NCBI GenBank assembly: GCA_043745805.1 | Contig: JAYTSD010000014.1 | Coordinates: forward strand, 32,001-96,000 | DNA: 64,000 nt | Origin: Fibrobacteria bacterium | Lineage (GTDB): Bacteria > Fibrobacterota > Fibrobacteria > UBA11236 | Direction: 5' to 3' | Shown: positions 57,445 through 64,000 of the stretch, piece by piece | How positions within the stretch are numbered: position 1 is the stretch's first letter | Layout: each line of letters opens with the position of its first letter | Made by a program: the position numbers and the translations under genes | The notes under the pieces: generated by a model | The model's input: only the letters and a program-made list of their open reading frames with translations | What the model was told of the DNA's origin: nothing | The model's database searches: none

Positions 57445-58227
57445 CTATTTTTCGCGACGCTTAGCAAGTGCCGAAAACGCTTCGACAAAAGCATCCGCTT
57501 CGGTTTTTATCGGTGAACCACTCATCACACCTTGGCGACCAATAAATTTATCCAGAATCACAATGCCTTGTGGTCCAATATAAAATTGACGAATATCCTT
57601 GGCATGTTGGCTCCCGCGCATTTTCAATACCAAAATAGCTTTGGAAATAGCACTATCAATTTCCACATATCGCAAAATGAAATAATTATCAGCAATAAAT
57701 GGTGCTTGCGAAAGACTGCTCGTGTCGCCCAAGAGATTATTGTTTTCGCGTAGTAACAAAGCGGTTACGCCTTCGCGTTTCAAGCTACTGATGAAATTAA
57801 ATTCCATTTCGCGCAATTCATCTTTTTCTTCGGCCGCATATTCAAAATGCGTGAGCGAATCCACTAAGCAACGTTTAATACCTAATTCATCGATTAAGTT
57901 TTCGATGGATCCGCCAATTTCTTCTATCTCTTGCAAAATCAATTCTGGTTCTGAAAAAATAATTTTCAGCAAACCTTGCTCTTCATATTTTTTAAGATCC
58001 CAACCAAAATTTAACGCATCATGATAATACTGCGCAGGAAATTCTTCGAAGGTAATCACTAAACCCGGTTCATTGAATTGTTCAATGCCGTTCACAATAA
58101 ACTGCAAACCCAAAGTGGTTTTGCCAGTGCCTGGCGCACCTTCTATGACTGTAGCGCTGCCTTTAACTACGCCTCCGTCGATCATTTTGTCTAAGGCTTC
58201 TATTCCGAAAGGGCTTCTTTCAAGCAT
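57445..58227 (-). CDS. single-domain KaiC/RAD55-like ATPase
   Basis: GIEALDKMIDGG, Walker A GAPGTGKT, ITFEE, Walker B LVDSL, LKMRGSQH. Confidence 0.9.
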   Translation of the reverse strand: MLERSPFGIEALDKMIDGGVVKGSATVIEGAPGTGKTTLGLQFIVNGIEQFNEPGLVITFEEFPAQYYHDALNFGWDLKKYEEQGLLKIIFSEPELILQEIEEIGGSIENLIDELGIKRCLVDSLTHFEYAAEEKDELREMEFNFISSLKREGVTALLLRENNNLLGDTSSLSQAPFIADNYFILRYVEIDSAISKAILVLKMRGSQHAKDIRQFYIGPQGIVILDKFIGRQGVMSGSPIKTEADAFVEAFSALAKRREK

Positions 58228-58284
58228 ATGTCCTCATGGGGATAAAGAGTGTTGTCAATTTTGGATTTAAAATTTTTATTCCTG

Positions 58285-59244
58285 TTATTCTTTCCAGTGC
58301 TGACTTACCGCTGCAGGATTTAATAAAGCTAAGAGTACAGCCTTTTGCGCATGTAACCGATTTTCCGCTTCATCAAAGCAAAGGCTAGCAGGTGAACTCA
58401 TGACATCCGCAGTAATTTCTTCTCCCCGATGTGCCGGCAAACAATGCGAGACCAAACAATCCGCAGGAGCATGGCTTAAAAGCTGTGCATTAATTTGAAA
58501 GCCTTGAAAATGTTTTTTCTTTTCTGCTTCCTGGCTTTCCTCACCCATGCTTACCCATACATCAGTATACAATACATCGGCATCTTTCACCGCGCTCATC
58601 ACATCCTGCGTCGTTACAAAGGAGGTTCCACGCTCGATAAACAAAGGCTTTAATTTCGCTTGGATTTTTTCCGGTTGTTCATAACCCACTGGGCAAGCCA
58701 AAGTAAAATGCATGCCCATTTTTCCCGCGAGCACCGCCAAGGAGTTGGCCACATTATTTCCATCGCCAATAAAAACAAGCTTACGTCCTGTTAAAGATGT
58801 TTTCTTTTCAATAAGGGTTTGCGCAAAAGCCAAAGCTTGACAAGGATGAAATAAATCCGTCAAAGCATTCACTACTGGCACCGTCGCATGCTTGGCCAAA
58901 TCAAGCACTAGATCATGACTAAAAGTACGCGCCACAATCACATCTACCCACCGCGAAAGGCTAGACGCTGCATCTTCGACACTTTCTCTTTTGCCTAAAG
59001 AAATTTGTTCGGGATTTAAATTCACTGCCGCACCACCCAATTGCACCATGCCCACTTCAAATGTAACGCGTGTACGCAAGCTAGGTTTTTCGAATATCAT
59101 CGCCGCGGTGCGACCTTTGAGTAAATCACAGCTTCCATGGGCTTTGTGATCCGCTTTTATCCATTGCGCCAAATCCAATAGAGACTGGATATGGCGGGGC
59201 TCTAAGTCGAGCAAGGTGATGAAATCATTAAACTTTTTATTCAT
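58285..59244 (-). CDS. argF: ornithine carbamoyltransferase
   Basis: FEKPSLRTR, NALTD..HPCQ, GDGNNVA, YTDVWVSMG, HCLPAHRGEE, AENRLHAQKA. Confidence 0.92.
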   Translation of the reverse strand: MNKKFNDFITLLDLEPRHIQSLLDLAQWIKADHKAHGSCDLLKGRTAAMIFEKPSLRTRVTFEVGMVQLGGAAVNLNPEQISLGKRESVEDAASSLSRWVDVIVARTFSHDLVLDLAKHATVPVVNALTDLFHPCQALAFAQTLIEKKTSLTGRKLVFIGDGNNVANSLAVLAGKMGMHFTLACPVGYEQPEKIQAKLKPLFIERGTSFVTTQDVMSAVKDADVLYTDVWVSMGEESQEAEKKKHFQGFQINAQLLSHAPADCLVSHCLPAHRGEEITADVMSSPASLCFDEAENRLHAQKAVLLALLNPAAVSQHWKE

Positions 59245-59446
59245 AAAACTTTATCCGGTTAGTATAAACCTTCACTTGAATCTAAACAAGTGAATTCAAA
59301 TGAAAACAAAGGAAATAAAGGAAATAAAGGCTGTCGCCCTTTTTTCTCCTAGTAATAGAAAGTAAAAATTAATCCCCTGAGTTGAAATGCGCTGTATGTT
59401 CCCAGCCTATTCGATATTACATTTTGATTTCTCTGAAGGGAATACC

Positions 59447-60289
59447 ATGCTTTGTTATGCCAAAATAAATTTATTCTTGGAAATACAAGATAAAAGGCCC
59501 GATGGTTATCATAATTTAGGAACGCTTTTTCAAACCCTAGAATGCTCCGATAGCCTAGAAGCAGAGCCTTTCCCCATTATTGATTTAATTTGTCCGGAGG
59601 GAATTACCGCTGCTCCCGAACAAAATTTGATTTTGCGTGCTGCACAACTTTTGCATAAAACTTATGCAAATCGCCTATGCCCCGAAATGGGAATAAAATT
59701 TCATTTACAAAAAAACCTCCCTATGGGCGCAGGCTTAGGTGGTGGCAGCTCAAATGCCGCAGCGGCTTTATTATTATGTAATGATTTATGGAATCTCCAA
59801 CTCAAGCCTGAGGATTTAATCCCCTTGGCAGCGACTTTGGGGGCCGATGTGCCGTTTTTTTTAATGGGCGGAACTTTTTTTGGCGAAGGTAAAGGGGACC
59901 TTTTAAAACCCGCACCGGAACCGTTTCCTTTTCATGTGGTCATTGCCACACCTCATTGTCATGTGCCTACAGCTTGGGCCTATGCGCAGTTAAAACCTAA
60001 AACCAAATACGAATGGGGGAAATTTAAAGCCCTGTATAATGTGTATTGCGAGGATCCTGGATTTTATAATGTTTTAAAAAATGACTTTGAAGCCCCCATG
60101 CGTGCGCATTTCCCTGTAATGGAAAATCTATTTCAAAATATCGCCAATTTTGCACCGACCAAAGCCATGCTTTCGGGAAGTGGCGCCAGTGTATTTGCCT
60201 TATTTAAAAATCTTCCTGATGCCGAAGCCTGTTTGCAAGGCGTATCTTCGCAATGTCGTTATTCAATCTTAACAAAGTTTACTTTTTAA
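59447..60289 (+). CDS. ispE: 4-diphosphocytidyl-2-C-methyl-D-erythritol kinase
   Basis: AKINLFL, RPDGYH, KNLPMGAGLGGGSSNAA, LGADVPFF, NDFE, LSGSGA. ATG 59447 follows GAAGGG. Confidence 0.95.
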   Translation: MLCYAKINLFLEIQDKRPDGYHNLGTLFQTLECSDSLEAEPFPIIDLICPEGITAAPEQNLILRAAQLLHKTYANRLCPEMGIKFHLQKNLPMGAGLGGGSSNAAAALLLCNDLWNLQLKPEDLIPLAATLGADVPFFLMGGTFFGEGKGDLLKPAPEPFPFHVVIATPHCHVPTAWAYAQLKPKTKYEWGKFKALYNVYCEDPGFYNVLKNDFEAPMRAHFPVMENLFQNIANFAPTKAMLSGSGASVFALFKNLPDAEACLQGVSSQCRYSILTKFTF

Positions 60290-60359
60290 CTTTTTTTGCA
60301 ACGAAACAATTGCCTAAATCGAGCTTTTGATTTAACTTTCCGACCCTTTCAAGCTGTGC

Positions 60360-60446
60360 GCCTGGGTGGCGGAATTGGTAGACGCTGAGGACTTAAAATC
60401 CTTTGATCGTAAGGTCGTACGAGTTCAATTCTCGTCCCGGGCACCA
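60360..60446 (+). tRNA. tRNA-Leu (anticodon TAA)
   Basis: GCCTGGG acceptor pairs with CCCGGGC-A-CCA; GGAATTGGTAGAC D-arm; GAGGA-CTTAAAA-TCCTT anticodon arm; long variable arm; TTCAATT T-loop. Confidence 0.97.
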
Positions 60447-60471
60447 GCTTGAATAATAATGCGAGATTATA

Positions 60472-61026
60472 GTGGACAATACTAAAAGCAAGGCTGTTTT
60501 TTTAGACCGCGATGGGACTTTAAATACCGAAGTCAACTATCTCTCACGCTTTGAAGATTTTATCGTTATTCCCGAAGCCATTGCCGGCTTACAAGCCTTG
60601 CAGCAATTAGGCTATCGTCTTTTTGTCATTACCAATCAAAGTGGTGTGGCACGCAAATATTTTACTTATCAAGCCGTAATTGATTTGAATGCTCAAATTC
60701 AAGATTATTTTAAACATCAGAATGTTTTTATCGAAGAGTTTGCCTTTTGCCCGCATCATCCCTACGGTATCGATCCGGAATACACTAAAGAATGTGATTG
60801 CAGAAAACCTATGCCGGGCATGATTTTTCAATTGCAAAGAAAGTATAATCTAGATCTAAGTCAAAGTTATATGGTCGGTGATAAACTGGTCGATGCTGAG
60901 GCTGGATTTAATGCGGGAACAAAAAGTGCCTTAGTTAAAACGGGACATCCTTATAAACTTGACAAGGGTTCCAATATAAAGGAATTTAACACACTACTAG
61001 ATTTTGCAAAAAGTCTTAGTGTTTGA
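60472..61026 (+). CDS. gmhB: D-glycero-D-manno-heptose-1,7-bisphosphate phosphatase (HAD IIIA)
   Basis: FLDRDGTL, ITNQSGVAR, CPHHP...CDCRKP.PGM, MVGDK..D. Confidence 0.92.
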   Translation: MDNTKSKAVFLDRDGTLNTEVNYLSRFEDFIVIPEAIAGLQALQQLGYRLFVITNQSGVARKYFTYQAVIDLNAQIQDYFKHQNVFIEEFAFCPHHPYGIDPEYTKECDCRKPMPGMIFQLQRKYNLDLSQSYMVGDKLVDAEAGFNAGTKSALVKTGHPYKLDKGSNIKEFNTLLDFAKSLSV

Positions 61027-61069
61027 CTTCAAGGACAATGAACCATATTTTAAGACAAATCGAGGAAAC

Positions 61070-61459
61070 ATGGACGATCTCGAAATCATAGCCAACCTTT
61101 ACAATACTCATCAACTTGATGGCATTTGCCAACATTTATTGGAGTTTGTAAAAAGGCATCGCACGGAAATTTTAGCTATGGCGCATAAATCCAAAGCCAA
61201 AAATATTTTAATCGATGCCACCAAACAGCTTGTGCAACATCGTGGATCCATTCATCTCCCTTCGGAAATGGCAGATCAAATTCGCGAAATCAATAATGAA
61301 ATTTGGTATCGCGGAGAACATGCGGATTATGATCGATCCAAAATTCAGGAAGAGTGGGCGATGAAATATGCTTCCATGTGGCGCAGCTTTCGCATTAAAG
61401 AAATTCTTTATGTAGCCGATCAAAAGGCCAATGAAATCGAAACGATATTACGCGCTTGA
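61070..61459 (+). CDS. hypothetical protein (weak DUF4032-like C-terminal motif)
   Basis: ATG 61070 follows GAGGA; EIWYRGE...EEWAMKYASMWR. Confidence 0.65.
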   Translation: MDDLEIIANLYNTHQLDGICQHLLEFVKRHRTEILAMAHKSKAKNILIDATKQLVQHRGSIHLPSEMADQIREINNEIWYRGEHADYDRSKIQEEWAMKYASMWRSFRIKEILYVADQKANEIETILRA

Positions 61460-62121
61460 ACTCTTTGCCGGAAGATAAACTCCCCACCCAGCCTGATGAA
61501 GAAGGCGGACGTATGTTTGCTTTTTTTGAACGCCTCAAAACGATGAGCTCCATTAAACGCTTTGGCACTTTGCCGATGCTAGAAAATGAAAGTGTGGCTG
61601 CACATTCCTATAATGTGGCGATACTCGCACTCATGATTGCGGATTATGAAAATGATCCTGCTATAAATCGTGAAGCGGTTTTGCGCAAAGCGCTCTTTCA
61701 TGATTTTGAAGAAACTATTTTAAGTGATATTCCGCATCCAATTAAGCATCGTTTTAAAGGCGGCATGCTCGGCAAACTGCTAAAAGAAATTGTTCCCGAA
61801 CTCATTGAACAAGAAATTTTTAAAGAATTGCCGGAAGTATTACGGAAAATTTATGTGGCCTCTGCCCTTACCGCTAAAGAAGATTTAGAGGGTCAAGTGG
61901 TGGGCGCTGCGGATGCAATGGATATTTTGGTCACCGCCTTGCGGGAATTAAAATTAGGCAATCGTTACTTTGAAAATATTTTTGATGTGGGCGTAAAAAT
62001 GCTCGAAAAGTACACGTATTTTAAATTTGCTAAAATCTTTTTGGACAATGCCATAGAATATCGCTACAAAGGGGAAAAGCCCCATTCCAACCCTACCTTT
62101 TCCGACGAATTTGTAGGGTAA
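61456..62121 (+). CDS. YfbR-like HD-domain 5'-deoxynucleotidase
   Basis: R..., ESVAAHS, ALFHDFEE...SDIP.PIK, AAD. Confidence 0.85.
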   Translation: MNSLPEDKLPTQPDEEGGRMFAFFERLKTMSSIKRFGTLPMLENESVAAHSYNVAILALMIADYENDPAINREAVLRKALFHDFEETILSDIPHPIKHRFKGGMLGKLLKEIVPELIEQEIFKELPEVLRKIYVASALTAKEDLEGQVVGAADAMDILVTALRELKLGNRYFENIFDVGVKMLEKYTYFKFAKIFLDNAIEYRYKGEKPHSNPTFSDEFVG

Positions 62122-62154
62122 CTTAAAGGTTAACTCACTAAATAAATTTGCTGC

Positions 62155-62568
62155 CTAGCCTAAATATAAAAGGCCATACACTATAGCCACAGCCATCCCT
62201 AAATTCAAAACATTATCCACTTGATTAAAGACATGTTTTTTTCGTGTATAACCTGAAGCCTCAAAAACACTTCTTTCCGTCCACCAGCCCATAGCGGCGG
62301 TCATAACAAACTTCACCGCACATAATACTAGTAAGCTTATTTTAAGTTGAGTAATGTAAAGTAAAATCAAATATCCTAAGGGCAAGATCACATAAAATAT
62401 CCAGCCTAAGTTTTTCATTTGGCCTTCGGCTTCTTTGGATAAAGTTAAAGCTTTAAACTCAGCAATTTTTTCCAGCAAATAGGCATAAGAATTAGTGATT
62501 TGATAAGTATTCAATCCTGCATAAATAACAGTGAGTACAATGGAAATTTTGGTATACAATAATATCAT
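62155..62568 (-). CDS. hypothetical 4-TM membrane protein
   Basis: Hydrophobic segments; co-oriented with rsgA, 12-nt gap. Confidence 0.65.
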   Translation of the reverse strand: MILLYTKISIVLTVIYAGLNTYQITNSYAYLLEKIAEFKALTLSKEAEGQMKNLGWIFYVILPLGYLILLYITQLKISLLVLCAVKFVMTAAMGWWTERSVFEASGYTRKKHVFNQVDNVLNLGMAVAIVYGLLYLG

Positions 62569-62580
62569 GATCTTTGAATT

Positions 62581-63486
62581 TTATGGTTTAGCTAAGGAAT
62601 CTAAAATTCGCCAATAACTTTGATAGCGATCCCACATCATGGGATGCGACTGCGCCGCAGCCAACAAAGCACAGCCAGGTTCATGATGATGATGGCAATT
62701 GCGAAATTTACACTTACCCAAATAAGGCACGAAGTCACGAAAACACGAAGCGAGATTTTCCGGCGCCATTCCCCAAATACCTAATTCACGAATACCTGGC
62801 GTATCAATAAGGTAACTTTGAGAGGATAAGGTATATACATGCGAAGATGTTGTGGTATGTCGTCCTTTCCCTTCGCCTTTACGCACTTCATTAATAAGCG
62901 GATCGGCATCAGGACAAAGCACTTTAATCATAGACGATTTTCCTGCTCCCGAAGGACCACTTAAAACTGCGATTTGACCCGCTAAAATTTCTTTTAACTG
63001 CTCCAAGCCTTCTCCAGTTTTTGCTGAGCAAACTACAACCGGATAACCTAATTCTTGTAGATAAGGAATTTCTTCGGGAAGGCCTTCATATAAATCACAT
63101 TTGTTCAAACAAATTAAAGCATTCAATCCACACTGTTCCGCTATCACTAAATAGCGATCTAAAAGACGGGGATTAAAATCGGGATTTTTTAAAGCCATCA
63201 CAATAAGTAGTCGATCAATATTCGCGGCTAAAACCAATTCTTCATGCGCCCTATCTTTGGGACCTGGGCGCGATATTTTATTGATGCGCGGCAAAATCTC
63301 CAGAATCATCGGCTCTTGTTGCGTGTTACCTTCGGTGAAAAGTACGTTATCGCCCACCGAAAAATTGGAAAAGGGCTTCAGATTAAAAGTGGGATTGTAT
63401 TGGCAAGTAAACTCCAAGCCTTCGCGATCACGTACCAAAGCGGTACGTCGATTCACTTCCACAATTAATCCTTCGCGACTATTCAT
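62581..63486 (-). CDS. rsgA: ribosome small subunit-dependent GTPase A
   Basis: VGD.V, AANID, NKCDL, GPSGAGKSS, GRHTTT, DTPGIR, CKFRNC.H..EPGC. Confidence 0.96.
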   Translation of the reverse strand: MNSREGLIVEVNRRTALVRDREGLEFTCQYNPTFNLKPFSNFSVGDNVLFTEGNTQQEPMILEILPRINKISRPGPKDRAHEELVLAANIDRLLIVMALKNPDFNPRLLDRYLVIAEQCGLNALICLNKCDLYEGLPEEIPYLQELGYPVVVCSAKTGEGLEQLKEILAGQIAVLSGPSGAGKSSMIKVLCPDADPLINEVRKGEGKGRHTTTSSHVYTLSSQSYLIDTPGIRELGIWGMAPENLASCFRDFVPYLGKCKFRNCHHHHEPGCALLAAAQSHPMMWDRYQSYWRILDSLAKP

Positions 63487-64000
63487 GCACTTAAATACGC
63501 ATATTCCGAATAAAGATCATTTACTTGTTTTTCAGCATTCGTTTTGGCTTCGGCTTTTTCTCGCGTCTTTTCCCCATTGGAAAAAACTTCTGGCAAACAC
63601 AATTCATCATTGAGTTTCACAATCGAAGCTTCTAATACTTCAATTTCTTTTTCAATTTCCGTTAAGCGCTTTTCGGCCTTGCGTTTTTGCTTATCTAATT
63701 CTTTTTTATCGCCGCGCGAGTCCCCACTGGATTTGGTTTCCTCCGCTTGACCTTTATTTTTGCCACCCGATTTTGAAGGAGAATCATTTCCTTCTTCATC
63801 CCCTTGATCGGTGGCAATACGGTAACAATAATAAGCATAGTCTCCTGGATACTCCGTCACACGGCCACCTTTAACGAGTACCACGCGCGTCGCTAAGCGT
63901 TCCACAAAATAGCGATCATGCGATACAAAAATCACCGTGCCGGTAAAATCTTGTACCGCTTGCAAAAGCAATTTCTTAGAATCCATATCTAAATGATTAG
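63483..64000 (-). CDS. 3' part of an ABC-F family ATPase; partial, runs off the right edge
   Basis: The frame continues upstream of the listed Met as NHLDMDS (PTNHLD motif); VSHDRYF, YPGDY, C-terminal coiled coil. Confidence 0.9.
   Translation of the reverse strand, partial: NHLDMDSKKLLLQAVQDFTGTVIFVSHDRYFVERLATRVVLVKGGRVTEYPGDYAYYCYRIATDQGDEEGNDSPSKSGGKNKGQAEETKSSGDSRGDKKELDKQKRKAEKRLTEIEKEIEVLEASIVKLNDELCLPEVFSNGEKTREKAEAKTNAEKQVNDLYSEYAYLSA

Noticed and set aside
59259-59330. ARG-box-like sequences, an 8-bp inverted repeat and a 9-bp tandem repeat (AAAGGAAAT) between argF and ispE
   Set aside because: Degenerate matches in AT-rich DNA; cannot be distinguished from chance by eye.
60360-62121. 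Integrative element at tRNA-Leu
   Set aside because: Followed directly by gmhB and housekeeping-type genes; no integrase or att duplication seen.

Overview
A gene-dense, AT-rich bacterial chromosomal segment, most consistent with Fibrobacterota. That placement is an inference from the fibro-slime domains and from secreted paralogues with short C-terminal sorting-type tails. Most of the window is housekeeping: the 3' end of mutM, glnK-amtB, tRNA-Ala(GGC), mqnE, ybeY, hemG, nrdJ, pyrE, aconitase, pyrD, Glu/Leu/Phe/Val dehydrogenase, a P-type ATPase, murI, argF, ispE, tRNA-Leu(TAA), gmhB, rsgA and the 3' end of an ABC-F gene. There is also a divergent PAS kinase / sigma-54 activator pair, and a sulfate-uptake locus (yezD-like, sbp, cysT, cysW, an OprO/P porin and an Rrf2 regulator) with no cysA. 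The accessory block at 27.5-40.1 kb has two parts. The first is three tandem secreted PQQ-dehydrogenase-like beta-propellers. The second is two complete tandem type IV minor-pilin cassettes (FimT/U-PilV-PilW-PilX), in which the PilX-like subunit carries PA14 and fibro-slime domains and no PilY1 is encoded; this is the best candidate for an undescribed system. Other leads are a lipoprotein resembling fungal Tos1 cell-wall proteins, a KaiC-like ATPase operon with two small membrane proteins and a receiver, and several non-coding motifs. I saw no CRISPR array, transposase, integrase or rRNA. All family calls come from motif recognition by eye; no searches were run.
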